NCBI GenBank assembly: GCA_001600695.1
Contig: BCKQ01000003.1
Location: 57,413 to 121,412 of the forward strand
Length of the DNA: 64,000 bases
Direction: 5' to 3'
Source of the DNA: Ascoidea asiatica JCM 7603
Lineage: Eukaryota; Fungi; Ascomycota
The position numbers and the translations under genes are program-made. This document shows, one piece after another, positions 25,929 through 38,600 of this stretch. How positions within the stretch are numbered: position 1 is the first letter of the stretch; each line of letters opens with the position of its first letter. Under the pieces are notes generated by a model. The model had not been told where the DNA came from. It worked only from the letters and a program-made list of their open reading frames with translations, and did not search any database.

Positions 25929-26708
25929 TAGTATTAATGTACAGTATGTTATCGACTCTTTTTTTTTTGTATTTTTTTGCGCTTTATTTGGATTTATTCT
26001 TGTTACATTTTACATTTTATCTGATTGATTAGCGTTAGTAGTACTGGCCCAAAGCATTACAGTACTCTTCTATCTTTTGTCTTCAAAGTAGCAAAACCAA
26101 CTGAGTTTTTTTTGTTTTTTTGCCATATTCTTTTCTCAATAAATAATCTTGCTAAACTGTTAAATTATCATATCTGTAGTAGTAAAATTCTTCTTGTGAC
26201 CAAATTTGTGGTTTCTTTTCTAAACGTGTTTTGCAGCACACTTCGCAGGTGAGCACAGTTGCATTGTCTTCCCGCAGAACTGGCATAATCCTGAGAGTTA
26301 AAGACACCAGAAGCACGGGTCTTCTTTTATTTTCTGTTGACAATAGCTACTGTTGACAGGTCAGCCCCGGATTCCAGACCCTAAGTTTAATTCACAGTCA
26401 ATTGCAGAAGCCGAATTTCAATTCTAAAACTTATATTAATGTTATAATGGAAATATAACAGATTTACAATATCCATTATAAAATATCAATTATCACCTCA
26501 ACGATTTCCTATTCATAAAAGAAATAGTTTTTGTTCAGAACTTCTTACAAAGTTTTATAACTTTTTGAAGTGAAATATATGTGGTAAAGCAAATGAAAAA
26601 TCCTGAGAAGTTTATAGACAAAAAGATTACTTATATGAAAAACTTATTTATCGACTATCAATTAATGTCCTCCAGTTGCAATTCTGTTTCACTAGATTTT
26701 ATTAAAAT

Positions 26709-28340
26709 ATGATAAACTCGACTAAAAAATTTCTAATATTTCTATCATGTATTTTTTTAGATATATTATGTGGAACTTTATATCTTTATTCTTCTTTCAG
26801 TCCTCAATATGCTTTGAGATTAAATTATTCGGCTACTCAAGCTTCAAATCTAGCAATGGCTGGTAATATAGGTAATTCAATTTTTGGCCCTTTTATTGGT
26901 TTAATGGTAGATAACTTCAATTTTACATTACCTATTTCAATTGGCTCAATTTTTTTATCCTTGAATTATTTCTTACTAAATTTACAATTTTTAAAAAAAA
27001 TTTCAAATTTTTATTTGAGTATTTTGATATTTTTTAACATTGGAATTTCTGGAACTTTTATTTATTGTTCTGTACTAAAACTAAGTGCTCTTCTTTATCC
27101 TAAAAACACTGGTTTATCAACAAGCATTCCGATTTCTTTTATTGGTTTGTCTGCTTTATTTTATGCTCTAATTAACTCCATTTTCTTCATTGGAAACACT
27201 TCAGGCTTATTATATTTTTTATCTTTCAGTTCTCTATTTATTTTTCTAATTTCTTTCTATTTTATTTTGCTTGCTGACAAAAATTATTCAAAAAAAAAAA
27301 TCATTAATAACAATTCTAGTACTAATATAACTGATCAAGATTTTTCAACGACTTTGGAAACTTCAATATCAAATAATACTGAATCCTTTGAATTATCAAA
27401 TCTTTCATCCCCCACTAGAACTTTTGATACTTTTGATAGTAATATTTTACATAATCATAATAATATTCATAATAATAGCCATAATAATAATCATAATCAT
27501 ATTCACAGTAATAGTAATAGTAATAGTAATATTACTTCATTTATCAAAACGGTACCTGTAAATAATGATATAACTGGTATAGGCTTATTTAAAACAATTC
27601 AATTTTGGTTAATTTGCTTAATAATTGGAATCTTAGCTTCAATTGGTCAAATGATAATTTTTCAAGTCGGTTACATTATTAAATCCTTATGGATTGAAAA
27701 GTTGCTTGAAGAAAAAAATTTAGAGATAAATTCAGACCTAAATTCCGAATTTTTAGAAGATTCAAACTTAATTATTCAAAATAGTCAAAATTTTCATGTT
27801 GGACTATTATCTTTGGCAAATTGTCTTGGTAGATTATTAGCAGGGTTTTTGTCAGACTCTTTCAAAAAATATTTCAATTCAAGAAATTGGGTTTCTTTAT
27901 TACCTACTATTCTACTATTATATTCCCTAATTTCAATTTATACTTTAAATGATATTGATTATCTAGGTATTTATACTTTCTTAATTGGTATATCATATGG
28001 CATGACTTGGAGTTTATTTCCTAGTATAACAATCGATTCATTTGGTTTAAATCATTTCTCAACAAATTGGGGTATTATAGCGACTTCCGCTGTTGTACCT
28101 TCCTATATTTTCAATCTTTTATTTGGAATCATTTATGACTCAAACTCTATAACTATCAATATATCAGACACTAATGAATCTATTTCCATTTGCGAGATTG
28201 GTGATTTATGTTATAATAAAGTTATTCTTTATTCTATTTATTCTTGTATTCTTTTAATATTTGTAATCGCATTCATGATGTATGATATATATAAAAAAAG
28301 AGAGATTTTATACACCAGATTAGAAAGTCAAATTGAATAA
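26709..28340 (+). CDS. MFS transporter, Mch1/nodulin-like family
   Basis: GTLYLYSSFSPQ, NCLGRLLAGFLSD, FGLNHFSTNWG, C..GDLCY; ~12 TM helices with a central hydrophilic loop. Confidence 0.88.
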   Translation: MINSTKKFLIFLSCIFLDILCGTLYLYSSFSPQYALRLNYSATQASNLAMAGNIGNSIFGPFIGLMVDNFNFTLPISIGSIFLSLNYFLLNLQFLKKISNFYLSILIFFNIGISGTFIYCSVLKLSALLYPKNTGLSTSIPISFIGLSALFYALINSIFFIGNTSGLLYFLSFSSLFIFLISFYFILLADKNYSKKKIINNNSSTNITDQDFSTTLETSISNNTESFELSNLSSPTRTFDTFDSNILHNHNNIHNNSHNNNHNHIHSNSNSNSNITSFIKTVPVNNDITGIGLFKTIQFWLICLIIGILASIGQMIIFQVGYIIKSLWIEKLLEEKNLEINSDLNSEFLEDSNLIIQNSQNFHVGLLSLANCLGRLLAGFLSDSFKKYFNSRNWVSLLPTILLLYSLISIYTLNDIDYLGIYTFLIGISYGMTWSLFPSITIDSFGLNHFSTNWGIIATSAVVPSYIFNLLFGIIYDSNSITINISDTNESISICEIGDLCYNKVILYSIYSCILLIFVIAFMMYDIYKKREILYTRLESQIE

Positions 28341-28825
28341 TTAATTTAATGTATAATATATAATTTTATAAAAAAATAATTGGAACTGTAAATTGAATGA
28401 AATAAAAAAGAAAGAACTGTAAAATCTTGATACAATTATAATTGGTTTTTTAAAAAAAAAGTTTAAGCCTAATGAATTAAGTGAAATGAAAGAAAATGAA
28501 GTTTGATCGGCCGAAAAAGGTTGAAAAGGCTATTCTTCTGCTAATCTCGGAGAAGAAAGGAAATACTTATTCCTCAAAGTCTAAAAGTTTTTAAAATTAA
28601 AAGTCTTTGCAAAATTATATTTGCAATCATCTTGATTTTTCTGTTTATGATTATTTCATTTATTGAAAATACAGATCACCTTAAAATTTATATCCCAGAA
28701 CAATTTTATAAGCTCCTTTCTTAATATCTCAGATTACATCTCAAATATTCTTAATTCATAATATACTTATTATTTATTGATTATTCGAATACTTCATATA
28801 TATTAATACACTCAAAACTCTGAAT

Positions 28826-30484
28826 CTAATTTACTTCGGTAGCTGTTTCTTTTGATGATTCATCGAGAATAAGTTTGTTGATTTCTTCTTTTTCAATTTT
28901 CACTTCTTTTTCATTTCCTTTTCTTGATCCATTCTGTTTTATTTTCTTATTCTCTTTAACATTTTCATCATTTTCCTTTTCATTTATTTCATTCGCTTCA
29001 TTTTCTCTTGCTCTCTTTTTATTTCTATCACTATTTTCATCTTCTGGAGGCGGAATAAACCATGGGATTTTACCTCTTATAAAATCATTAATAATTTTTA
29101 TTGATACTCCATGTACATCTATTTCACCACCTTTCATTAATTTTCCAGTTTTTTTACCAATTTTTTCTAAAAACAAAACAGGATCGTTATCCCAACCTGA
29201 TATTTCATAAGTTCTTTCTAAATGCTTAGTTTGACATCTAGAGAGCAACCCATGTATATATTGATCAGGATGGGAAACATTTTCAATTCTTACAACCCCT
29301 TTAAATAATAAATCTTCTTCAGTATCAGTTAATGAAGGTGGAACAATACCTGGACAATCGATTAAAAAAATTCTTTTCATTAAAGTGATATACTGCCAAA
29401 CCTTTGTTTCACCTGGTATTGGTGCAACAGTACAAACTTTTTTATTTCTTAAAGTATTTATGATTGAAGATTTTCCCACATTTGGATAACCAATGAAACC
29501 AATTGATATTTGCTTTCTATCAGAATGTAATTGAGAAAATTGTCTCAATAATTGAATTAAAGAACCCTTACCAAAAGAATTCTTAATTGAAGCATGAAAG
29601 GCTAAAGTTGGAACCTCTTTAGACAAATGTTTTACCCATGCAGCAACAGCCCAAGTAGGTATTAAATCACTTTTATTCAAAACAAAAATTAAGTGTTTAT
29701 GAGAACATTCGGTTTTAATATACTCTTCAATTTTCTTACATCTTGTACCCATTGGATCTCTTGCATCTAAAACTTGAATTACAACATCCGAAGAATCAAT
29801 AACTTTATATAATTCATTCCAAATTCTTTTCGATTGACCTTTACTGAAAATTGCATCTTTCGCAACGGAGGATAAATTTTCACTATCATTATCATTAGAA
29901 TATCTATTCATTAAACCTAAAGTAGAGTTTAATTCAACTTTTTCTTCAAAATCTTTATTATCATCGTTTGTTTGATTGATTAATTCATCCAAATTTGAAA
30001 ATTTTAAATTTTGATTTTTTTTGCTCAAAATTAAGTTCGATTTGTTCTTATTATCATCATCAATATTAGCATTTATTTTTTTATTAAGTAAATCTTTATT
30101 GGCAATTTGATCAGGATTGAAATTATCATTTAATTTGCTTTCTTGTAACAAACTTAATGGAATTTTATTTCTTTTCAATAAAACATTATAGCTATTAGAA
30201 TCTTCGTCATTTAATTTTTTATCAATAGCATCCCTGAAATGAGTTAAAGCATCCTGAGAAATTACTCTTGTATTATTAAACCACTTTCTATTGGGGTCAA
30301 TACGAGCTGTTGGAACTTCAGCACTTTGCAACACACTTGAACCTTGTTTATACATATTCATTAATTTTGTTGCTTTGGTCCCTCTATAAAAATTTTCACC
30401 TTTGACCTTTAGATTGGCAAAAGCATTACCAGAGTTAGCATTTTCTCTTGTTCTTCTACTCTTCTCTTTCTTGAACTTTCCCAT
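28826..30484 (-). CDS. NOG2: Nucleolar circularly permuted GTPase Nog2
   Basis: [68 protein letters not shown]. Confidence 0.97.
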   Translation of the reverse strand: MGKFKKEKSRRTRENANSGNAFANLKVKGENFYRGTKATKLMNMYKQGSSVLQSAEVPTARIDPNRKWFNNTRVISQDALTHFRDAIDKKLNDEDSNSYNVLLKRNKIPLSLLQESKLNDNFNPDQIANKDLLNKKINANIDDDNKNKSNLILSKKNQNLKFSNLDELINQTNDDNKDFEEKVELNSTLGLMNRYSNDNDSENLSSVAKDAIFSKGQSKRIWNELYKVIDSSDVVIQVLDARDPMGTRCKKIEEYIKTECSHKHLIFVLNKSDLIPTWAVAAWVKHLSKEVPTLAFHASIKNSFGKGSLIQLLRQFSQLHSDRKQISIGFIGYPNVGKSSIINTLRNKKVCTVAPIPGETKVWQYITLMKRIFLIDCPGIVPPSLTDTEEDLLFKGVVRIENVSHPDQYIHGLLSRCQTKHLERTYEISGWDNDPVLFLEKIGKKTGKLMKGGEIDVHGVSIKIINDFIRGKIPWFIPPPEDENSDRNKKRARENEANEINEKENDENVKENKKIKQNGSRKGNEKEVKIEKEEINKLILDESSKETATEVN

Positions 30485-30994
30485 TGCATATATTCCTTTT
30501 ACAAAATCAAGTAATCTTTTATCTAGTTTAAATTTATATAGAATCTTAAATCAAACCAAGTTAGTCTTATATTGTATGAGAGTTAAAATATATAAACTAA
30601 AATAACTTTTTAATTATAGTATCTTTATTTTTTCAAATAACCTCGCAAAAGTTCAAGAAAATATTCTTCTTAGGAAGCTGCTAAAAAAAAATTTTATTGA
30701 CTGAAAAAAGACAATATTCCGCCTCACAATGGCGGTGCACGTTTTAAAACACCTGAGGCGCAGTTATATTTTAATTGTGCTAAAAATGCGGAGCCTATCT
30801 CACAAAACTGCGCGTAGAACCTTAATTGGTGTTTCTCAGTAACTTTTCAATGCAATTAAATGAAAAAATAAAAGTAAATAGGTGTGACAAGTAACATACA
30901 TCTTGAACATACATATCGAAGGATTTAAATAAAATAATTTTGATTTACTTATTCAATATCTAACTATATATTGAATCATATAAATAGTATATAA

Positions 30995-32617
30995 TCAACG
31001 AGCAAACAATATATCGTCTTCGTCATCTTCGTCTTCATATTTTTCTGAATCCTCTTCTTCTGGAGAGTTATAATCACTCCCATCTTCACTTTCACTATCC
31101 TCATATTCGTTTCCTGATGTTGAATTGAGATTCATACCTTCGATTTCTTTATTTAAAGCATCAATTGAAAATGATAATAATGTTTCTCCTTTGATCATAG
31201 TCTTCGGTTTAACTTTATAGTTGCTTTCAATATAACAATTATTTAATTTTGATTTATTTTCAATTAAAACTTTATTTCCAACAATGCAATTTTCTAAAAC
31301 AACTTCATCATTTAGAGTTACATTATCTAAGATAACTGATCCAGTTAATCTACATTTTTTTCCAATTTTACAATCTTTACCAATTATTGTCTTCTTAATA
31401 TTTGAGTATAAATCAATAGTTGAATTGCTACCGATTAATGAGTCGATACTGATATTTGCTGATCCATTTTCTTTACTTCCATTTTCCTTCGCTAGAGAAT
31501 TTTGGCGTTGATGTTGTGCATGCTGCGCATTCTGAAGGTGTGACTGTTGTGATTGAGATTGTATTAGTTGTGATTGTTGTTCATTAGGAAATTTATATAA
31601 AGGGGGTTCATTTGAATTTGATATATTGCTCAATAAATTCTCTTTCATTATATATCTGTTAGCCTCTAAATATAAGTTCAAAGTGTTTGCTCTGATAAAA
31701 GTGCATTTGTCTGGCAATATGAATAAGTTAATATTTTCTTTTACTTCTTTATGCTTCCAAGATCTTTTACAGAAATCATTGATAATTTGATTGATTGATT
31801 TATTTTTTATATTATAATTTTTTTTAGTAGATACTGATTCTTTTAGAATGTTTAAAAAATCTGTCGACAAAAAAAAAATAAATGAACTTATTAAATTTAA
31901 TGAAACTTTTACATTGGAATTTCTCCATAGCATTTGAGATCTCAAACTTAAAAATTTTTTAGATTCAACAGAATCCTTTGAAAATGAATCTAGTAAATAA
32001 TTATCCCCATTTAAACTTTCGGTATATAGTGTGAAGAAACTTTTAAACTCTTTGCTTGTATCAATGTTTGATAGATTATTCTTATAATAACATGCCATTG
32101 CAATATCTTTTTGCTCTTTAATTCTAAATTGTTCAATAAAAATTATTGGATGTAAATCTGTTATAAAATCACATGGCAATAAAACTATATTGGAATTAAG
32201 TTCAATAGAGTTAATTACTGTATTTAAAATATTTCCTGAAACATCTGGATTTAAATTTATAACTGGTCTTCTATCATCGTTATTATTATTAATATTATTA
32301 CTATTATTATTGTTGTTGTTTTTGGTCTCTTCTTCAAGGACAATTAAGTTAATACTACTAGAAATTGACTTGACTTCAGCTGATCTTGTTGTAGTTTGAT
32401 AGTCGCTGATCAGAATTTGCAACCTATCTTTTGAATCAGTATCTGTTATTATTGAAATATCCTTGAATGGAGCTTGATCACACCATTCTAGTACATATAG
32501 GATCATTGGTTTATTAGCAATTGGTAAAAGAGCCTTAGGAACCCCAGAGGGACGAACTGTTGAAAAAGGTGAAAGGGAATTACCTTTTCCACAACATATT
32601 ACAGCATGAAACTCCAT
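30995..32617 (-). CDS. GCD1: eIF2B gamma subunit
   Basis: Nucleotidyltransferase-like N-terminus (PKALLPIANKPM, LLPCDFITD), left-handed beta-helix repeats, acidic tail ending DDILFAR. Confidence 0.93.
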   Translation of the reverse strand: MEFHAVICCGKGNSLSPFSTVRPSGVPKALLPIANKPMILYVLEWCDQAPFKDISIITDTDSKDRLQILISDYQTTTRSAEVKSISSSINLIVLEEETKNNNNNNSNNINNNNDDRRPVINLNPDVSGNILNTVINSIELNSNIVLLPCDFITDLHPIIFIEQFRIKEQKDIAMACYYKNNLSNIDTSKEFKSFFTLYTESLNGDNYLLDSFSKDSVESKKFLSLRSQMLWRNSNVKVSLNLISSFIFFLSTDFLNILKESVSTKKNYNIKNKSINQIINDFCKRSWKHKEVKENINLFILPDKCTFIRANTLNLYLEANRYIMKENLLSNISNSNEPPLYKFPNEQQSQLIQSQSQQSHLQNAQHAQHQRQNSLAKENGSKENGSANISIDSLIGSNSTIDLYSNIKKTIIGKDCKIGKKCRLTGSVILDNVTLNDEVVLENCIVGNKVLIENKSKLNNCYIESNYKVKPKTMIKGETLLSFSIDALNKEIEGMNLNSTSGNEYEDSESEDGSDYNSPEEEDSEKYEDEDDEDDILFAR

Positions 32618-32759
32618 TCAGATAAAAATGATATATAATGATTTAAATTGATAATATTTGATAACAAAAAGAAGCTACTGAAGTATAATATTTCTCTCAA
32701 AATAAATTATAAATAATAAATTATCCAAAAAGAAGCTTTAAATTTCATTCTTTTCACAA

Positions 32760-32787
32760 TGAGTCAGTATATATATAGCCCGGGTAA
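32760..32787. promoter_or_regulatory. Gcn4/AP-1 (TGAGTCA) and Reb1 (CCGGGTAA) consensus sites in the divergent GCD1-NAT3 promoter
   Basis: Exact S. cerevisiae consensus matches at 32760 and 32780, separated by a TATATATA tract. Confidence 0.5.
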
Positions 32788-33009
32788 TCCATGCTCAGCT
32801 TAACTTTTTAGCAACACTACTTGTCGGTATTCAAAACTATGTAAAATTATTCAACTACTGTTCAGTATTTATCATAAGTCAAGTAATTTTAAACACAAGG
32901 AATCAAAAATATATAATCTAAGTAGAGCTGAATGGTAGTTGAATTTTCGGATTTGCAAATTTAAAAACAAAAGTAGTTTTGCTTTATTTTTTTTCTCTTT
33001 CAGCCAATT

Positions 33010-33612
33010 ATGACTTCAATCAAACCATTCAAAGCAACTGATTTATTTGATATTAATCCAATAAATTTAGATGTTCTCACCGAGAATTTCCCTTTATATT
33101 TCTATTTTCAATATTTAACAGAATGGCCTACACTAGTTTTTAAATCTATAGAAGTGTTCAATAAAAATCATAGATCAATCAATCTTGATAAAACAACTAT
33201 TTCTGGTTATATGGTAGGCAAGACGGAAGGTTCTGGTAAAGAATGGCATACCCATATTACTGCAGTTACAGTTAATTCAAATTATAGAAGATTATCTTTG
33301 GCTTCTAAATTATGTTTGATTTTAGAGAATTTTACTAAAAGTGATCCTTACCATTCATATTTTATTGACTTATTTGTAAAAGTTACAAATTCATTAGCTC
33401 AAAATTTGTATGAGAAACTAAACTATTCCGTTTATAGAAGAGTAGTTGGTTATTATGGCTCTGATTCCGATGATGTTTATGATCGAAATAGAATAAATGA
33501 TACAATTGATGCTTATGACATGAGAAAATCATTACCTAGAGATATCAACAATGAAACTGTGCGAAAAAACGGTAAAAAATTCAATGCCTTGCCTTCTGAA
33601 ATTATCTTTTAA
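33010..33612 (+). CDS. NAT3: NatB N-terminal acetyltransferase catalytic subunit
   Basis: NLDVLTENF, WHTHITAVTV, FIDLFVKVTN, YSVYRRVVGYY, DAYDMRKSLPRD. Confidence 0.96.
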   Translation: MTSIKPFKATDLFDINPINLDVLTENFPLYFYFQYLTEWPTLVFKSIEVFNKNHRSINLDKTTISGYMVGKTEGSGKEWHTHITAVTVNSNYRRLSLASKLCLILENFTKSDPYHSYFIDLFVKVTNSLAQNLYEKLNYSVYRRVVGYYGSDSDDVYDRNRINDTIDAYDMRKSLPRDINNETVRKNGKKFNALPSEIIF

Positions 33613-33723
33613 TGATTTTTATTTACCTTTACATAGCCATTTACATGAATAAATACAGTATTAATCTTTAAAGTTACATTTATTTTATACTATACTGTAT
33701 GTTTATATAGTATAATTTCATAT

Positions 33724-35037
33724 TCATAATTTTCCAGTTTTCAACAATAACTCAATATTATCTTTTAGTAATTCATCAGTATAAAATTTAGACGATCTAG
33801 CATTCTGTTCATTATATCCTTCATCTCCAGATAAAATTTTTAAAGAATTTGAATGAGATTTTAAAAATTTATTAAAGAAATTAACAGGATCTTTCGAAAA
33901 TTGATTATAAAAATCATATTTCAACTTGGATTGATGTAAAGACTGTATACCTAATAAAATTTTACCTTCGAGATCTTTGATATCATTTTCATACAAATTA
34001 TAGATTTCTTTAAGTTCCTCGTTATTATTAATTTCATCACCTCTATTATTGTTATTGGAACCAGTGATTGGAGAATCTAAACTTGTATTTTTAGGTAATG
34101 AAATATCAATGTTTAAAATATTTTCACCTAATGTTGAAGATTTATCACATCTAATTAAATAATTTATTGAAATTGGTTCAACAGGCTTTAATAATTTTTC
34201 AATATTTTTTAACAAATCATGAAATGTTATACTATCTTGACCAAAATTATTTGAAGTTGATAATTCTTTTAAAGGAGCATCTAATTTTATCAAATTTAAT
34301 AGATTCATTGATTTAGTCGAGCTAATATTATTATTTTCAATTGCATTTTCAATTATTAAATCATTAATTAGAATATATTGCCATAAATAATAAACCAAAT
34401 CAGGTTGAGATAATTCAGATTTGCCTAGAATTTGAATTAATAAATCTGGTAATCTAAATCTTACTGGAAATTCTTTCGGTTGTAAAGTTATTTTACAATT
34501 TATATTTTTGTTTCCATTTCTTGTGATATCTAAACCATCAAAATTTTTGATTGATGGATCTTCATGCCACTCGATAACAAATGGTTTATTCATATTATCT
34601 TGAGAAAATTGTTCAGCATCATCAGGAAATAAATCAACCGCGATTCCAGTTAATAATGAACTAAATAGCTGCCTATTTTCAATCTGATTGCCATCTTTTA
34701 ATAATCTACCTTCAATTCTTAAAGTCCAAGAAGGTACCTGATTTTGATTTGAACTGTTTTCATTTTTTTGCCATGGTTGATTTTGACAAGTATTATAGAT
34801 AAATACCCTTAATATTTGATTCTCAATTTCAGGTTTCAAAGAATATTGTTGCATTTCAAACCATTTTCTAGTTATATACAAATCTATTTTTTTTTCAGCC
34901 TCCTGTAATTTTCGAAGAATATCAACTTCAGGTATAATTTCATCTAAACTAGAAGGAATAGTTATATCTGTTGGTCTCAAGCTTATTACAGGTTGAGGTA
35001 TTGAAATTTGCTGAGCAGAGTTGACTTTTCTTGCCAT
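33724..35037 (-). CDS. SNF12: SWI/SNF-RSC SWIB-domain subunit (Snf12/Rsc6, BAF60 family)
   Basis: RPTDITIP, LRVFIYNT..NQPWQ, WTLRIEGRLL, FDGLDITRNG, FSKDPVNF. Confidence 0.9.
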   Translation of the reverse strand: MARKVNSAQQISIPQPVISLRPTDITIPSSLDEIIPEVDILRKLQEAEKKIDLYITRKWFEMQQYSLKPEIENQILRVFIYNTCQNQPWQKNENSSNQNQVPSWTLRIEGRLLKDGNQIENRQLFSSLLTGIAVDLFPDDAEQFSQDNMNKPFVIEWHEDPSIKNFDGLDITRNGNKNINCKITLQPKEFPVRFRLPDLLIQILGKSELSQPDLVYYLWQYILINDLIIENAIENNNISSTKSMNLLNLIKLDAPLKELSTSNNFGQDSITFHDLLKNIEKLLKPVEPISINYLIRCDKSSTLGENILNIDISLPKNTSLDSPITGSNNNNRGDEINNNEELKEIYNLYENDIKDLEGKILLGIQSLHQSKLKYDFYNQFSKDPVNFFNKFLKSHSNSLKILSGDEGYNEQNARSSKFYTDELLKDNIELLLKTGKL

Positions 35038-35410
35038 TTTGTTGAAAAATTATTTTCAATAAATTTTATAGTAGTAATAGAAAAGTTTTCGCAGAATAGG
35101 TTCTGGTCAGACTTAATCACTAAGACTAATAAATAAAACATTGTAGAAATTAATTTAATAACAATCGTAAGCTTTCCCAAACACGCGAAAATAAAACCAG
35201 AAAAAATTGCACGTGCCGCTTAAGAAAACAAGAAATTAGATGGGAATTAGTGAGCTTAATAATCTGCATAAGTAACGGTTTTGCACCGCCCCATTTCTAC
35301 CTTTGACCGAAATGTCGTTGACCGGGTTAAACACCTGATTCTTCAGTTTGACAAAGTTCGATTAATACGCATTACTAAAAGCGCTGTGTGACTAGGCAAT
35401 TGGGTTTTAA

Positions 35411-35643
35411 TTACATGGTTGATGAAAAAGATCATGGATTCAACTCTATATAAAATATAAAAGAGAAGAACAATTGAAGTTCTTTTATGTTTGACTGAGA
35501 GAATAAAAATTTTCTCAGTGGCAAACCGGAGTTGGCTCCGCACGTGTGTGAGTGTCCTCGGAAACAAGTGAACGTAATCCGGGAGTCACATGGTTTGGAC
35601 CGCATGAGTCTGAATACGGCATCAGAAACCATCAACTATGGCA
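35411..35643 (-). repeat. 3' LTR
   Basis: About 13 mismatches in 233 bp versus 41464-41696 (manual count); 11/14 terminal inverted repeat. Confidence 0.95.
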
Positions 35644-38600
35644 CACCCCACTATTGCTACACGGCACTTAGCAGAAGTGTTGTAGGCAATAGCACAAACA
35701 GCAAAAAAAACAGAAGAATAAGTAGGAAACAAAAAAAGACAAGAAAAATAGGTGAACACCTAAAACAAAATAAGTAAACAAAATGAAAAATAAAACTAAT
35801 TATAAAAAAATAAAACAAAGTAGTAACAAATAATTGATCAGTAAAAACCAAAACAAACTGTAACATAAACATAATAAAAACGTCTTAAACATCATTTGCA
35901 AAGTGTAATAAAATATTTGAAAAAAAAATTATAAGGTAAAAAAAAAAAAAAAAAACATCAGATTGATGGTTTCTGATTACTAACTGCCATCAATAATGAA
36001 AGCAATTTTGTGCCAGGAAAATGTTTTGTTCAAACAACAGCAGGATTTGAAATTCCAGAAACATGACTAATATCAACTTATTTTGATCCATATAGTTGCC
36101 TTAGGTTTTTACTTTTCTCTTTGATATGCCTCCTAGTTTTCAACTTGTTATAATCTTTAATTACAGAGAGACGAGCTAGACTATCTGATAGTAAAGTTGC
36201 AGTAATATTATTATCATTAAACAGTTCTTCACAACGACCTTCGAAACATAATGTGGAATTAAAGCAGGATGTGTTTTCAGCGTTCTATAATATATGTTGA
36301 GCTATGAGCTACTTTACACTCAGAACTACTCCAGTCAATAATATTATTAACCATTGTTGTAATAAAACCAAGCTGAGTATTACTGTTGAAGCCAGCATGA
36401 CAATATGATATGATACTTGTTGAACTTTTAGTAAGACTTATACCATAATCTTTGGGTATTTTAGATAACGGTAGAGATGTTTGATTTTGGCTAAGAGAAA
36501 TTTTCTACCAGGAGAACTGGAGCATAAACTGACCTAAAAAGAAATGTCTGGTCTGGTTTGGGTGGCGAGCCACAATAACCGACCTAAAAGTCTTTGAATC
36601 TCAATATCTGGAACATGGATAGTATGTAAGCTTACGAGTGACCATTCTATTGGAGTAGTAAGACGATAAGGAGATTTAGCAGTTGTGATTGATTTCCAGC
36701 CTTGTTCTTGTAGGGTTGTAGTAATCTAATCTTTCTGTAATATAATAATGGATCCTGATTTATATGAAAGATGACAGCCAAGAAAATAATCAGGTTGAAA
36801 AGCATTTTTTACCTGGTAAACCTTTTTAAGTTGCGCAATGAAGCAGTTACAGTAAAATTAGGTACCTACTAAGATGCAGTCGTCAACATGAAAACCTAGA
36901 ATTAGCATAGGTTTATGATTGATAGTAATATAGTAGATATTAGACTCAGATTCACTTTCAGTAAGTATGTTATCTTCTATTGTTATGGTTGATAGGGATT
37001 GTTGAAGATGAAGATAAAAATTTAAGGCAGAATCCTGAAAGCCATAAGCTGCCTTGTTTAATGATAAGACATTTCACTTAAATATATGTTCGATACCCTC
37101 GGGAGTCCAGCAATATATTTGCCTTTCAGGAGTAGCATTAAGAAAAGCTGCACTAATATCTAAACCGTATACTTGAAGATTAAACTCAATGGAAATTTTA
37201 TGTAAAAGTTTAAAGGAGCTTTTATGCATAACGGGAGAATCGGTTGAAGTAGATAATTGACCTTCTCTATTGCCTAATGCCACCAACCTTGCCTTATGTG
37301 TAATCTCATTTTTAAAAGTATCATATTTTTGTCTAATGATCCATACAAATTTATTAATATTAGACCTTAAAATTCCTTTGATAATTTTAGATTCAACTTC
37401 TTCAAAGACATTTTGATTGATAAATACTTGAACATCTTTATCAACGGCCACTCGATAATTAGGATTTTTGATAGCATCTTTATATTTCTTTGGAGCGATA
37501 ACATCGGTAGGATCTATTTGAGTTGTATCATCTAAAAGGAAAGTTGGATAAAATATACGAGAAGGCTGATTAAACATTCGAATAAAGGTTGGATATTAAG
37601 GTGTTTGATTGATTATCTGTAGTTGTAACTGAGAATTGATTTTATTTAATGTATGATGTGTATAACATCTATTAAGATCAACTGTAATGACTTCCTTGCT
37701 AGGATAGAGAGGTAGTAGGAATTTATATGTAGCTGAAAGGTTATTGTAACCTATAAAACATCCAAGAACCTTTTCTGTTTTATAAAATATATAAGCATCT
37801 TCCATGAATCATGGTGATTTATTAAGTAAGAAGGGTTTTCTACCTAAAAATAATTCAAGTGGAAACTGTTTTGGTGATGAATCATACCAACGATTGCTTA
37901 ATTGAGTAGCATATTAATAAGCATAAGGTCTGAAATATTCTAATAAGTTTATATTATCTTCAACAGTATGTAGTAATGAATCAACGAATCTTTTAATCTT
38001 TCGACACCTCGTTCAATTTTTGCATTAAAATATGCACTATAAGCAGGATGAGGAAGCTTATATACTATCTCAAGTTTATTGAATTTAGATCCATTGTCTT
38101 TCTTGATAACACCAAGTTTAAATCCAGTAAGTGTTTCCCAAAAGGTAATTGTATCTGTAACTGTGTTTGCAATATGACCTTTATTGACCACCTTATAAGT
38201 AGATATGTATCTAGAGTAATCATCCATCATGATTACATACCACTCTTTAGTTTTATTAGTTAAGGTATAAGGACCAACAGTATCCATATGAACAGTTTGG
38301 AGTAACCTTCTCGAGGAATTGCCAACATTACTTGTTTGAAATGAGTGTTTCATCTTGGTTCTAGATCAATTATCACATTGTTTTATGTCTCTTTCATTGT
38401 GAATAGTAATTTTATATCCCATATTTCTTATAATGGAAACAGATGGATGTCCATTTATATAATGTTCTTCAAGTAAATCAGTAGCATTAGTAACGGTAAC
38501 ATTATAAATGGTTGATATTATATCTGGAGGATGATCAGTTGGTATAACAATAGAGGTTGTTTGATAACAATTTATACCCAAAGAAAATTTACCAACTGGA

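Noticed and set aside
35343-35872. Short ORFs, partly duplicated at 41485-41796
   Set aside because: Incidental frames within the LTRs and the U-rich 3' UTR
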